Source: Trueperaceae bacterium
GTDB taxonomy: Bacteria > Deinococcota > Deinococci > Deinococcales > Trueperaceae
Direction: 5' to 3'
Length of the DNA stretch: 64,000 bases
Assembly (NCBI GenBank): GCA_965214405.1
Contig: OZ243956.1
Span: forward strand, 608,001-672,000
Below are positions 9,915-20,192 of the stretch, in pieces. How positions within the stretch are numbered: position 1 is the first letter of the stretch; each line of letters begins with the position of its first letter. The notes below the pieces were generated by a model. It did no database searches and had not been told where the DNA came from. It saw only the letters and a program-made list of their open reading frames with translations. A program made the translations under genes and the position numbers.

Positions 9915-11168
9915 TTACGGGGCACCCGACCGAACGCCGACGCTTTGCACCTCTCGCTCACGCCGCGCTTGCAAGGGCGGCGGCGCGGCGGGGCGCGCAA
10001 AAAGAAAGCCTTGGACGAAGTCGGCTCCGTGCTCCTTTAGCCAGGCGTGCTCGCTTTGCGTTTCCACGCCCTCGGCGACTGTTTTTAGGCCCAATTCTTG
10101 CGTGGTCTCGAGCAGCTTGCGCGCCACCAGCGCCCGCGCCGGGTCCTCGTCGACGCCGCGGATGAGGCTCATGTCGAGCTTGACGTAGTCGGGCTTTAGC
10201 AACGTCAGGAGCGACAGGCTCGAAAAGCCCGCGCCCACGTCATCGAGCGCCACGCCGAAGCCGCGCTCGCGGTAGTAGGTGACGATGCTCTTGAGGTGCG
10301 CGAGCTCGGGCAGGCGTTCGCTCTCGATGATTTCAAACACAACCCGCTCGCGGGCGAGCCCGAGTTCGTCCACGAGCCGCACCGTGCTGTCGAGACAACT
10401 GTACGGATTATAGATGGCGTTGGGCGCAAAGTTGACAAAAATCTTTTCTTTAACGCCGTGCTCGGCGGCCCCCAAAAGCGCTGTGCGCCGCGCGGCCAAA
10501 TCGAACTGGAACAAGAGTTCAGCGCCGCGCGCCATCTCCAGCATCGGCCCGGCGGTGACGGTTTCGCCGTCAGCGTCGCCGCGCAGGAGGCATTCGTAAC
10601 CGTGAACCGCTCCGTCTACCGAGAGGATGGGCTGAAACACCACGCGCAAACGGTCCTCGCGCAAGATGCGTAAGAGCCAGTCGGCGCGCACCTTGGCGAC
10701 AAAAGCGCTCAGCGCCTCGACGTCGAAGGGGCCGCCCTGCGTTTCCCCTTCCGGCAAGAAGCGCGCCCGCGCGTCGCGCTTTTCGGGCCAGGAAAGGCGG
10801 TCCATGATGGGCGCGAGTAGAGGAGCCACGCTACCCGGCACGCGGACGCGAATGGTGCCGCCCTGCTCGCTATGTTTCCAGCCCGAGTCGGCGAGAAACC
10901 GCAGCGCCTTGCCGAGCGTGTGCGTGTGACCGAAGCGCAGCTCGAGCACGCCCGGCCCCTCAGTGGTCTGGGGCAGCACCTCGCAGTATTGACAGCCGGG
11001 CGAACCCACAAGCACGTCCTCGGCCAAAGGTAAAGTGATGCCGTGCGCCACGCCCTCGAGCGCCTCCGCCTTGTCGCGTTCACGCGCCCTTGTATCCTTG
11101 GAACCCAAAGGCGGCGCACCATTTTTGAAGACGACAGCGTCTGCCAGCGGTTGCTTGGTCGGTTTCAT
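9915..11168 (-). CDS. EAL-domain c-di-GMP phosphodiesterase
   Basis: FQPI, ECLLR, FVN, FEIIE, ALDDVGAGFSSL, KLD, AEGVE, QGFLF. Confidence 0.9.
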   Translation of the reverse strand: MKPTKQPLADAVVFKNGAPPLGSKDTRARERDKAEALEGVAHGITLPLAEDVLVGSPGCQYCEVLPQTTEGPGVLELRFGHTHTLGKALRFLADSGWKHSEQGGTIRVRVPGSVAPLLAPIMDRLSWPEKRDARARFLPEGETQGGPFDVEALSAFVAKVRADWLLRILREDRLRVVFQPILSVDGAVHGYECLLRGDADGETVTAGPMLEMARGAELLFQFDLAARRTALLGAAEHGVKEKIFVNFAPNAIYNPYSCLDSTVRLVDELGLARERVVFEIIESERLPELAHLKSIVTYYRERGFGVALDDVGAGFSSLSLLTLLKPDYVKLDMSLIRGVDEDPARALVARKLLETTQELGLKTVAEGVETQSEHAWLKEHGADFVQGFLFARPAAPPPLQARREREVQSVGVRSGAP

Positions 11169-11297
11169 TCCCCCCCTTTCACGTCAAGCCGGTCGGGGAC
11201 GTACCAACCAATAACTCGCGTACGTGAGAAGTAGCTTACAGTACCACGCCCAAACCTTTGCAAATTCGTAAAGGTGATGTGTGAGGTTTTTCCCATC

Positions 11298-11948
11298 TCA
11301 CTCGCCAGATTTTAGATAAAGCCTCGAGTAGAGGAGCCCGCCGCGCCGCCGCCTCTCGCGCAGCAGCGTCAAGCCTTGCACGCGGAGCAGCGGAACCGGG
11401 TCCGCCAACCACGACGCTTCCATGCGGGTGAGCACGTGAAAAAATGTGTAGAGAAGACGCAGCCATAGAGAAGCGTGGACGCGCCGCCAGCCCCGCTCAG
11501 GCACCCGGAAATCGGCCAGATACCAGAGGCCACCTCTCCGGAGGCTCGAGGCCAGTCTGGGCACGAGGCGCGCCAGGGTGGATTGGGTAAACACATCGAG
11601 AAAAAAGAGCGTGACGAGGAGGTCGTAGTGACGGGGCGGGAAGGAAAGCGTGCGCGCGTCCCGGACGAAAAAACGGACGCGCGCGGCTTCGGGTGGGCTC
11701 AAGCGCCGCCGGGCCAGAAAGAGCATCGCGGGGCTCGCGTCCACCACGTCAACACAACAACCTGGATTAACACGCAGCAGGCTCTTCAAAAAGCGCCCGT
11801 CCCCCTCTCCCAAGATGAGCACGCGGCGCGCACGTCTAAGCTCACCCAAAAAGGCGGTGCGGCTGCGCGCGAGGGCAAGGCCGAAGGCGAGGCGCTCGAG
11901 GGCCTCATAGGGTCTCGCAAGCTTGTCGAATCCACCCGGCCCAGCCAC
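11298..11948 (-). CDS. Class I SAM-dependent methyltransferase
   Basis: FDKLARPYEALE, VLILGEGDGRFL, VDASPAM, LFFLDVF; start uncertain. Confidence 0.8.
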   Translation of the reverse strand: MAGPGGFDKLARPYEALERLAFGLALARSRTAFLGELRRARRVLILGEGDGRFLKSLLRVNPGCCVDVVDASPAMLFLARRRLSPPEAARVRFFVRDARTLSFPPRHYDLLVTLFFLDVFTQSTLARLVPRLASSLRRGGLWYLADFRVPERGWRRVHASLWLRLLYTFFHVLTRMEASWLADPVPLLRVQGLTLLRERRRRGGLLYSRLYLKSGE

Positions 11949-11961
11949 AAATGCAGCTACC

Positions 11962-12882
11962 CTAGCGCAGCCACAAGGGCCACAAGAGAAAAAGGAGCGG
12001 CGTAAGCAGCGTAACGTCGGCCAGCACCCGTAAGAGAGCGGGACCCACAAAGCGGGCGCGGCCCAAACGGTAAAGTCCGCACAAGAGGAGCGCACTTAGC
12101 GCCACGCACCAGAAGAGGACGTGGGCTTGAACGAAAGAAAGGGTGAGCGCGAGGCCCGCCAAAACGAACGAAGCAAAGAGGAACCACAGACCCGCGCGTG
12201 GAAACCGTAGCGCCAGCGAGGGCTGGCCCTGCGCGCGGTCGCAAGGCGCTTCCCAAAGGGCGATAAACAAGCAGTTGAGCGCGCAGAGCGCGCCAAAAGC
12301 GAGCACCGGAAGAAAGAGTTCTGCGGGGCTCACCCGCGGCAGGAGAAACACCACCACGCCCACGCCAAACAGTCCTCCTACTTGCACCTCTTTGGGCAAA
12401 CAAAAGAGAACGCCGAGAGGCGCGCCTAGAGAGCCAGGCAGACGGCGGTTCAACGAGTCAGGCAAAGTTCGCAGGTGGACGCCCGCAAGGTAAAGGAGCG
12501 CCGCGCCCGCCACGCCAAGGCCCCAACCCAGCTCGGCGCGTGTGAGGCTCAGGGCCAGCCCTGCACTCCCCGCAAGGACCCCCAGCCACACCACAAAAAC
12601 GACCCGCCGGTGGGACGCGTAGAAGCGGTGACGCGTCGTGTGAGGCGCACGTTCGTCAAACTTTAGGCCGTCGAGCAGACGGTCCGCCGCGTAAACGAGC
12701 CAAACCGACGCGCCCAGGGTTACGTAATGATAAAGTTCCAACCTCACCCCGAACGCGCGCGCGAAGAGCCCCTGCCAGAGGAGCGCCACTAAGGGCGCGT
12801 CGAGTGAAAGCGTCGTAGGCAGGGTCCAGACCTCAGCGAGAGGTCGAGACAAAAACCGGGGAAGGACGCGGTTGCGGACCAA
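11962..12882 (-). CDS. Multi-pass membrane protein, distantly UbiA prenyltransferase-like
   Basis: LSLDAPLVALLWQ, WLVYAADRLLDG Asp motif, PKE, several hydrophobic helices. Confidence 0.6.
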   Translation of the reverse strand: MVRNRVLPRFLSRPLAEVWTLPTTLSLDAPLVALLWQGLFARAFGVRLELYHYVTLGASVWLVYAADRLLDGLKFDERAPHTTRHRFYASHRRVVFVVWLGVLAGSAGLALSLTRAELGWGLGVAGAALLYLAGVHLRTLPDSLNRRLPGSLGAPLGVLFCLPKEVQVGGLFGVGVVVFLLPRVSPAELFLPVLAFGALCALNCLFIALWEAPCDRAQGQPSLALRFPRAGLWFLFASFVLAGLALTLSFVQAHVLFWCVALSALLLCGLYRLGRARFVGPALLRVLADVTLLTPLLFLLWPLWLR

Positions 12883-13089
12883 GGCCCCTGTATCCTACTC
12901 TCCCGTTTCTCATTAAAAGGTAGCGGCACCCTTCAATCAACCTAGCCTCAGTCAACCTAGTCTCAGGTGAGGAGAAACGGCCCCTCGCCCCCACAGCCTT
13001 TCCTCACACCCTCTACAGCGTCAGCTTTACTTTTATTCCACCTCTTTTGCCTATCTCACCTCTTCCACCGAGCTCCGGTCACGCACACG

Positions 13090-13107
13090 CCTGACAAAGG
13101 CATGACG
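13090..13107 (+). promoter_or_regulatory. Pho-box-like direct repeat upstream of pstS
   Basis: CCTGACAAAGGCATGACG with TGAC at 11-bp period; same CCTGACAAAG occurs upstream of pstC. Confidence 0.5.
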
Positions 13108-13139
13108 CGCTCCCGTTAACCTTTTTTCGGAGGAAAATA

Positions 13140-14021
13140 ATGAAAATCACACTTCTGCTTCTCCTTCTCGTCCCCGCCGCGTTCGCACAAGATACCGTCA
13201 ACGTCGCGGGCTCCTCGACCGTCTACCCCATCACCCTGGGCATGGCCGAAGAATTCAACATCGAAACGGGCACCAACGTGACCGTCCAGTCGACGGGCAC
13301 AGGCGGCGGCTTCGAACTTTTTTGTCGGGGCGATACCGACATCAACGACGCGAGCCGTCTCATCCAGCAAGACGAGGTCGAGGCTTGCCAGGCCAACGGC
13401 ATCAATCCCATCGAGATTTCCGTGGCCTTTGACGCGCTCACCGTCGCGGTCAACCCCGAAAACGATTGGGTCGACTGCATGACCACAGACGAACTCAGAA
13501 TGCTCTGGGAGCCCAACTCGACTGTGACGCAGTGGAGCGACGTCCGTAGCGACTGGCCGAACGAAACCATCAACTTGTTCGGCCCCGCCACCACGAGCGG
13601 CACCTTTGACTACTTTACCGAAACGATCGTCGGCGAGGCGGACGCGAGTCGCACCGACTACTTCCCCAGCGAAGAGGACGAGGTTTTAGCCGAAAACGTG
13701 ACCAACGACCTCTACGCGCTCGTCTACCTGGGCTACGCCTACTACGCAGAGGACACAGACCGCCTCAAGGCGGTTGCCGTGGATTCGGGTGAGGGTTGCG
13801 TCGAGCCTTCGGTTGAAAATATCGAGAACAACACCTATACGCCCCTCTCGCGTCCCCTGTTTATCTACGTGAGCGACCAGGCACTCGAGAACAACCCCGC
13901 CGTCCGCGGCTTCGTCGAAACCTACCTCTCCCCGGACAACCGCGAGATTATCTCGGACACCGGCTACGCGCTGCTTAACGACAGCGTTTACGAAGAGGGT
14001 CTAAGCAAGATTAGCCAGTAA
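13140..14021 (+). CDS. pstS: Phosphate ABC transporter substrate-binding protein
   Basis: Signal peptide, GSSTVYPI, STGTGGGF, SGTFDYF, YTPLSRPLFIYV. Confidence 0.93.
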   Translation: MKITLLLLLLVPAAFAQDTVNVAGSSTVYPITLGMAEEFNIETGTNVTVQSTGTGGGFELFCRGDTDINDASRLIQQDEVEACQANGINPIEISVAFDALTVAVNPENDWVDCMTTDELRMLWEPNSTVTQWSDVRSDWPNETINLFGPATTSGTFDYFTETIVGEADASRTDYFPSEEDEVLAENVTNDLYALVYLGYAYYAEDTDRLKAVAVDSGEGCVEPSVENIENNTYTPLSRPLFIYVSDQALENNPAVRGFVETYLSPDNREIISDTGYALLNDSVYEEGLSKISQ

Positions 14022-14378
14022 TGGGGCGTCCTTAACACGGAATGGTTATGGCGCACCGTTATGGCACATGGTCAGCGCACCGTCAACCCAGGGCTAGACT
14101 GTTGACACGCTACTGACCCACCAAAGTTAAGGTAACCTCCAGAGCACGCCTCCGGAGGTTACACACTATTTTGGTGGGTAGGTTTTTGATGGATAGGTTT
14201 CTTGTAGACGCCTCGCGTTTACGAGACGAGGTGTTGGGGGTGGCGTAAGGCCGGGTCAACGGGGCGGGCTCGAGGCCACCCCCTCACCCCACAAGCGGTT
14301 CAAACAAGAGCGTTCAATGTAGAGCACGTCGTCAAGGTACACAAAAAGATATACGAATATAGGGACAGAACACACGGT

Positions 14379-14436
14379 TAAAACGTTCAGGTAAAACGTT
14401 CAGGTAAAACGTTCAGATAAAACACTCAGGTAAAAC
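14379..14436 (+). repeat. 13-bp tandem repeat, ~4.5 copies
   Basis: TAAAACGTTCAGG x2, TAAAACGTTCAGA, TAAAACACTCAGG, TAAAAC. Confidence 0.9.
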
Positions 14437-14483
14437 AGCCCGTAGGCCCGCCTGACAAAGTTCTGATAAAGTATGGAGACGGT

Positions 14484-15407
14484 ATGGTTACCCCCCCCAA
14501 ACTCACCCGACGCGCCAACCGTAACGTAGGCGAGAGCCTGATAGGACTCCTCCTGCTAGTTTGCGCGAGCGTCTCGGTCCTCACGACGCTGGGCGTCATC
14601 GTCGCGCTGGCGAGCGAGACCGTGGGATTTTTCGCGGACCCCGCGGTGACGTTCCGCGAATTTTTTACCGGGCGCGAATGGACGCCGCTCTTCTCAGAAG
14701 CGCAGCAGCACTTTGGCATTTTGCCCCTTTTGGTCGGCACGCTGCTCGTGACGGCCATCGCGCTCGCCGTGGGCGTGCCCTTGGGGCTCGGCTCGGCGGT
14801 GTTTTTGGCCGAGTTCGCCGGGACGCGCACGCGGCGCATCATCGTGCCCGTTTTGGAAATTCTCGCCGGTATCCCCACCGTCGTTTTGGGCTACTTCGCG
14901 CTTCTCACCGTGACGCCCATCTTGCGGTCCTTTATCCCGGGTTTGCAAACCTCCAACGCGCTCTCCGCGGGTCTCGTCATGGGCTTTATGATTATGCCGA
15001 CGGTCAGCAGCATTTCGATCGACGCGATGCGGGCCGTGCCGATAGGCTTGCGCGAGGCCGCATACGGTCTGGGCTCGACCAAGGCGGAGGTGGTGACCAA
15101 GGTCGTGATGCCCGCCGCGCTCTCAGGTATCGTCGCGGCCTTTATCTTGGCGATGTCGCGCGCCATCGGCGAGACGATGATCGTGACCTTGGCGGCGGGC
15201 CAGCGGCCCAACATCACCTTTGACCCGCGGGACACCGTCGAGACGATGACCGCTTTTATCGCCAACGCCGCGCAGGGCGACCAGCCCGCGGGCTCGCTCG
15301 GCTCGCGCTCGCTCTACGCGGTCGGGGCCACGCTCTTCTTTGTGACGCTCCTCCTTAACGTCATTTCGCAGCAGGTCGTGCGCCGCTTTTCAGAGAAGTA
15401 CGAGTGA
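14484..15407 (+). CDS. pstC: Phosphate ABC transporter permease PstC
   Basis: ELLAGIPTVV-like motif (EILAGIPTVV), EAAYGLG, SRAIGETM. Confidence 0.94.
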   Translation: MVTPPKLTRRANRNVGESLIGLLLLVCASVSVLTTLGVIVALASETVGFFADPAVTFREFFTGREWTPLFSEAQQHFGILPLLVGTLLVTAIALAVGVPLGLGSAVFLAEFAGTRTRRIIVPVLEILAGIPTVVLGYFALLTVTPILRSFIPGLQTSNALSAGLVMGFMIMPTVSSISIDAMRAVPIGLREAAYGLGSTKAEVVTKVVMPAALSGIVAAFILAMSRAIGETMIVTLAAGQRPNITFDPRDTVETMTAFIANAAQGDQPAGSLGSRSLYAVGATLFFVTLLLNVISQQVVRRFSEKYE

Positions 15408-15411
15408 AGGT

Positions 15412-16707
15412 GTGAGTATGGACTCGAGCCGCAACGTTCCCGCCTCTACGCCCCAGCCTCAGGGCGGGCGGGGCGCGTCAAAAACCCTTTTGGGCTCCGA
15501 AGAGCGCGCCCGCCTGAGACGGCGGCAGCGGCGCGAGGGCGTCTTGCGCGCCGTGACCTTTGTGCCGATGGTGCTGGGCCTGCTGCTCATCTTGTTCGTG
15601 TTCGCCTCGAACATCAACCGGATATTCTCCTGGCAGCTCGTCCAACCGGCCTCGTCCTCGAGCGGCGAGCTTTTTCCGCGGAGCGAGGTCGAGAGCGACC
15701 GGGACGCGCTTAGGCTCGAGCTTTTGGCCCAAGGCGAGACGGCGGAAGCCAACGAGGCGCTCTTCGGCGACGCCGAAACGCTGCGTAAATTCAACCGGCG
15801 CAACCGCGTGGACTATCTCCCCTACGCCAACGGCGAAACGGATCAGGTCTACGTTTGGGCCTTGAGAGACGACATCGAGGAGCAGTACGGTTATATTCAA
15901 GGCCGCGCCAACCGCAGCGCGCTCCTCGCCGAGGCCGAGGCGGAGGGTTACAACCTCCTGCTCAACCCCACCTTGGACCGCGAATTTTTGCTGCGCGGCA
16001 ACTCCCGGAGCCCGCAGATGACCGGGTTTTACAACGCCATGATAGGAACGCTGTGGGTGATCGGCCTGGTACTCCTCTTTTCCGCGCTCATCGGGATAGG
16101 AAGCGCTATCTACCTCGAGGAATATGCGCCTAAAGGATGGTTCTCCTCCTTTTTAGAGGTCAACCTGCGAAACTTAGCCGGGGTGCCCAGCATCGTCTAC
16201 GGGATTTTGGGCCTATACGTGTTCGTGCGCTCTCTCGCGCTCGGGCGCAGCGTCATCTCCGCGGCGCTAACGCTCACGCTGCTCATTTTGCCCGTCGTCA
16301 TCATCGCCTCGCGCGAGGCGATCCGCGCGGTGCCGAGCTCGTTGCGGCAGGCGAGCTACGGCTTAGGCGCGACAAGGTGGCAGACCGTGAGCCGCGTGGT
16401 CTTGCCCAACGCGGTTTCGGGCATCGTCACCGGGGTGATTTTGGCGGTAGCCAGGGCCATCGGCGAAACCGCGCCCCTGCTTCTCGTCGGCGGCGCGGGG
16501 CTCGTCACCACGGTGCCGGGGGGCTGGGACGTGCTTAAAGACACCTTCACCGTGATGCCCCTACAAATCTACACCTATTTCGGCCTGCCCAACCAAGACG
16601 CCTTTTTACCCGTGGCGTCGGCGGGCATCCTCATCTTGCTGGCGATTTTAATTTTCATCTACCTTCTCGCGTTCGTCGTGCGGACGCGGTTCGAGCGCAA
16701 GTGGTGA
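15412..16707 (+). CDS. pstA: Phosphate ABC transporter permease PstA with large inserted loop
   Basis: AIYLEEYA, NLAGVPSIVYG, ARAIGETAPL. Confidence 0.92.
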   Translation: MSMDSSRNVPASTPQPQGGRGASKTLLGSEERARLRRRQRREGVLRAVTFVPMVLGLLLILFVFASNINRIFSWQLVQPASSSSGELFPRSEVESDRDALRLELLAQGETAEANEALFGDAETLRKFNRRNRVDYLPYANGETDQVYVWALRDDIEEQYGYIQGRANRSALLAEAEAEGYNLLLNPTLDREFLLRGNSRSPQMTGFYNAMIGTLWVIGLVLLFSALIGIGSAIYLEEYAPKGWFSSFLEVNLRNLAGVPSIVYGILGLYVFVRSLALGRSVISAALTLTLLILPVVIIASREAIRAVPSSLRQASYGLGATRWQTVSRVVLPNAVSGIVTGVILAVARAIGETAPLLLVGGAGLVTTVPGGWDVLKDTFTVMPLQIYTYFGLPNQDAFLPVASAGILILLAILIFIYLLAFVVRTRFERKW

Positions 16708-16962
16708 GGAGCAAAGGTAAAGGTGGAGTTTGTCAGCTTACCCATAAGGGGCTGAGGGGTTCAAAAACGGAAGAAGAGAGGATGAAAGACGCTCCCGTAT
16801 TCTTTTCTCCATTTTGTGCTCCGTGCTCACTGGTTCTTACGCGCGTCTTCGTCCCAAACCTTTATCCTTTATAAGGTAAGAACTCAGCCCAACCATACGT
16901 CACCATGAAAGGAGCTGAAGGTTAGCAAGGTTGAAGCAAATTTTGACCGCTAATCATCCCCT

Positions 16963-17778
16963 ATGGCACTCCCCGGTTACAAAGAACTCAAAGACCACAA
17001 AACGGTTCGCACCGCGCCCGTCCCCGACGACGAGGCGGTCGTCAGCGTGAAAGACTTCGGTCTCTGGTACGGCGACTTTCAGGCTTTGCACCACAACACC
17101 GTCAATTTTCCCAAAAACCAGGTCACCGCGCTTATCGGCGCGTCGGGCTGCGGCAAGTCGACCTTGCTGCGCTGCATCAACCGCATGAACGACCTTATCC
17201 CCTCGGTCAACGTCGAGGGCGAGGTGGTCTATGAGGGCGTGAGCCTCTACGAGCGCAACATCGACGCCGTCGAGGTGCGCCGCCGCATCGGCATGGTGTT
17301 CCAAAAACCCAACCCCTTTCCCAAAAGCATCTTCGACAACGTCGCTTTTTCCCCGCGCATCAACGGCTATAAGGGCGACGTCAAAGCGCTCGTAGAAAAG
17401 TCCTTGAAGGGCGCGGCGCTCTGGGACGAGGTCAAGGACAAGCTCAAAGCGCCGGGCTTGAGTCTTTCGGGCGGTCAGCAGCAGCGGCTTTGCATCGCGC
17501 GGGCGATGGCGCAAGAGCCCGACGTGATCCTGATGGACGAGCCCACCAGCGCGCTCGACCCCATCGCCACCGACCGCATCGAGCAGCTTATCAACGAGAT
17601 AAAAAAGGACTACACCGTGATTATCGTGACGCACAACATGCAGCAGGCGGGGCGCGTGGCGGACCGCACCGTCTACATGCACTTGGGCCACATCATCGAG
17701 GAGGGGCCGACCGACCAGATTTTCACCCACCCCAAGCACGACGTGACCGAGCGCTACATCTCGGGCCGCTTTGGCTAA
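16963..17778 (+). CDS. pstB: Phosphate ABC transporter ATPase
   Basis: [41 protein letters not shown]. Confidence 0.96.
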   Translation: MALPGYKELKDHKTVRTAPVPDDEAVVSVKDFGLWYGDFQALHHNTVNFPKNQVTALIGASGCGKSTLLRCINRMNDLIPSVNVEGEVVYEGVSLYERNIDAVEVRRRIGMVFQKPNPFPKSIFDNVAFSPRINGYKGDVKALVEKSLKGAALWDEVKDKLKAPGLSLSGGQQQRLCIARAMAQEPDVILMDEPTSALDPIATDRIEQLINEIKKDYTVIIVTHNMQQAGRVADRTVYMHLGHIIEEGPTDQIFTHPKHDVTERYISGRFG

Positions 17779-18643
17779 ACCCGTGCTCGGCCTGTCGCTC
17801 TCGCCGAGCTACTTAGCGGGTACTCCCATCTCGGAAGAGGCTGCGCTTTTGGAGAGCACCTACGGCGCGGCTAATGGGCTGCTCGAGCATCTCAAAAAGA
17901 AAGGCTTGGCGTCGGTCGAACTCCGCAAAGTTCACGAAAACACCCCGCCCAGCCTCGTCCTCGCCGCCGCGCGCCGGGTGTGGGCGGCGGGGCTAAGCGT
18001 CACCATCCACGGCACCACGCCCGAAGCGCCAGAAGGACACACCCTGGAAAGCTTTTTCCCAGCCCTCAACGGTTTCTGGGGCGCGTTTACCGAACATCAA
18101 CAGGATGTGGTGATGACGCTCCACGCTTACCGGGCGCGTTCGGGTGAGGTGGCTGGGCTCGCGGCGAAAACAGTCGAGCTTATAAAAAAAGTTATGGCGG
18201 ACGCGGACCGGCTTGGGCTGCCGCTCACCATCGCGCTAGAACTCAACCGCGCCAAAGACTGGGTGGACCCGAGCTATACCTATGAGGGGCTGTTAAGCAT
18301 GTGGCAAGAGATTGACCATCCGAGCGTCGGCTTCTGTTGGGATGTGGGTCACGCCTACCGCAACGTGACGGAGCAGGGGCTTGTGTTGGAGCCTCCGCAA
18401 AGGTTTTTAGAGCACACCATCCACACCCACATCCACGATTTGTCTCATACGGGCCAAACGCACTGGCCGCTGACCAAGGGCGTCATTCCTTTGGAGGTGT
18501 TCGTGGGTACGCTCGAGCGCGCCGGGTACACAGGTGTTTACAACCTCGAGCTGAGCCCCATACGCTTTTATCAGGCCGAGGGTGTGCGGGAGGGCGTTGA
18601 CGAAAGCATAGAGAGGTTGGCGCGGGTGCTGGACCGGGCTTAG
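17771..18643 (+). CDS. Sugar phosphate isomerase/epimerase (xylose isomerase-like TIM barrel)
   Basis: [33 protein letters not shown]. Confidence 0.75.
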   Translation: MAKPVLGLSLSPSYLAGTPISEEAALLESTYGAANGLLEHLKKKGLASVELRKVHENTPPSLVLAAARRVWAAGLSVTIHGTTPEAPEGHTLESFFPALNGFWGAFTEHQQDVVMTLHAYRARSGEVAGLAAKTVELIKKVMADADRLGLPLTIALELNRAKDWVDPSYTYEGLLSMWQEIDHPSVGFCWDVGHAYRNVTEQGLVLEPPQRFLEHTIHTHIHDLSHTGQTHWPLTKGVIPLEVFVGTLERAGYTGVYNLELSPIRFYQAEGVREGVDESIERLARVLDRA

Positions 18644-18869
18644 AGACGAGCCCAAGCTCATACGCCGCTGTAAAGTTTTTCACGCTTTCTTCTGTTGTAA
18701 ACTCCCTGCGAACCTGCCAGCCAGACCCGAACATGGAGGTAGCAGTTCCACCCTACACTGAGACAATCAGCCGCAGATATCATCTTAGAGAGTAAGTCAT
18801 AGACAGCGCTTCCTTCACTAGGCTCTTCTCAAACCAGGGTGCTGCCTGCTAAGGATAGAGGAGAAAGGT

Positions 18870-19617
18870 TCGCGTATCGCTATCACGCTCGAGTCGGACC
18901 GCCCCTTGGTTCTGCCCGTTCACTACAACGCACTTTTGCAGGAGCTCGTTTACCGTCAGCTCGAGCCCGACCTAGCCGCGTGGCTCCACGAAGAGGCGTA
19001 CCCCTTTGAGGGGCGCAAGTTCACCATGTTTACCTTCTCGCGGCTCTCCGGGCGCTTCACCCTCGACCAGAAGAGTAAGCATCACCTTTAGTGGCCCCGT
19101 CTCGTTCTCTCTCGCCTCGTACAACAACGTGCTCGCGTCTTTGGCCCAACACCTGCTCGAAAATCAGCGGCTGCGTTTGGGCAATAACGAGGTCGAGGTG
19201 CGCGGCGTCGAAATCTTGAAACCGCCTCGGGTAGACGCCGACAAGCCGGTGCGCGTCACCGCCCTCTCCCCCATCACCATCCTCAGCACCTTTAGCAAGC
19301 CAGACGGCGGGAAGGTGACACACTATTATGAACCCTTTGAAAGGGGCTGGAGCGAGATGCTCGCGCAGAACTTGGCGCGCAAGGCCAAGGCGCTGGGGTG
19401 GGAAGTGGACGCTTTTGACGCGCTCCAGGGCGCGTATATCAAACCCCTCAAAGTGAGCCGCCGGGACCGCAAGCTCGTGAGTTATAGAGGGTTTGTGATG
19501 CAGGCGTGGTTGGGGGTGTATGAGTTGGGGCTGCCGCAGGGGTTTATTGAGTTGGCCTACGACGTGGGGTTGGGGGCGAGGAACGCGCAGGGGTTTGGGA
19601 TGGTGGAGGTTGTTTAA
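18870..19617 (+). pseudogene. cas6: CRISPR endoribonuclease Cas6, start codon lost and frameshifted
   Basis: LPVHYN..LQ..Y, LH..Y..GRKF.MFTFSRL in one frame; LSPI and G-rich loop GLGARNAQGFG in another; shift near 19080; TCG in place of a start after the GGAG RBS. Confidence 0.9.
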
Positions 19618-19637
19618 CAGATTTAGGAATCGGCTCT

Positions 19638-19847
19638 AGAGGGTGTTTGAAAATGTTTTTGCCTCCCCCTTAATAGCAGCCCTGAGCCAGAGGTATCATC
19701 TTTGATAACGGGCGGCCTGAGTTCATAACCGCTTCGCTCTTGTGGCTCAGGGCTGTTCAAGGGGGACTGAGGGGGGATCTGCTTTTGTGACAACCTCTGC
19801 AGCGCGTCTCGCTGAAGCAAATCCCCCAAACCCCCTTGTTAAGGGGG
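19638..19847. repeat. Multi-hairpin REP/MITE-like element
   Basis: CCCCCTT/AAGGGGG stem enclosing 12-bp IR CAGCCCTGAGCC/GGCTCAGGGCTG; GGGGGAT.TGCTT/AAGCA.ATCCCCC; CCCCCTT-GTT-AAGGGGG. Confidence 0.65.
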
Positions 19848-19929
19848 CTTTATTGGACTCGAGCTGACATCTTAAACACTCCCTAGCTTGTCGATGTGCA
19901 AGCTAAGCAAGATATGATATATTTCTTTC

Positions 19930-20190
19930 ATGACTACGACCTTACGCATTGATGACGAGTTATACCGAGAAGCCAAAGCCGCCGCCGCCAGTGAAGGCAT
20001 CACCCTGACACGCTTTATTGAAGAAGGATTAAAACTGAGGATGTCTTCCCCCGCTTTACAGCCCCAGACCGAGGTTGTTTTTCGTACCTTTAACAGCGGA
20101 AAACCCTTTAATATGAGCCCCGAAGACATTAAGAAGCGTTTAGCCGACATAGACGCAGTTTCGGACGCGAAGACGCTGTCAGACGGCTAA
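19930..20190 (+). CDS. RHH-type antitoxin (VapB-like)
   Basis: TTLRIDDELYREAK..AA.EG.TL..FIEEGL; directly upstream of a PIN toxin. Confidence 0.85.
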   Translation: MTTTLRIDDELYREAKAAAASEGITLTRFIEEGLKLRMSSPALQPQTEVVFRTFNSGKPFNMSPEDIKKRLADIDAVSDAKTLSDG

Positions 20191-20192
20191 GT

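Noticed and set aside
19363..19372. CRISPR spacer self-targeting cas6 (shared GCGCAGAACT)
   Set aside because: Only 10 nt, not at the seed end, and expected by chance in 64 kb.
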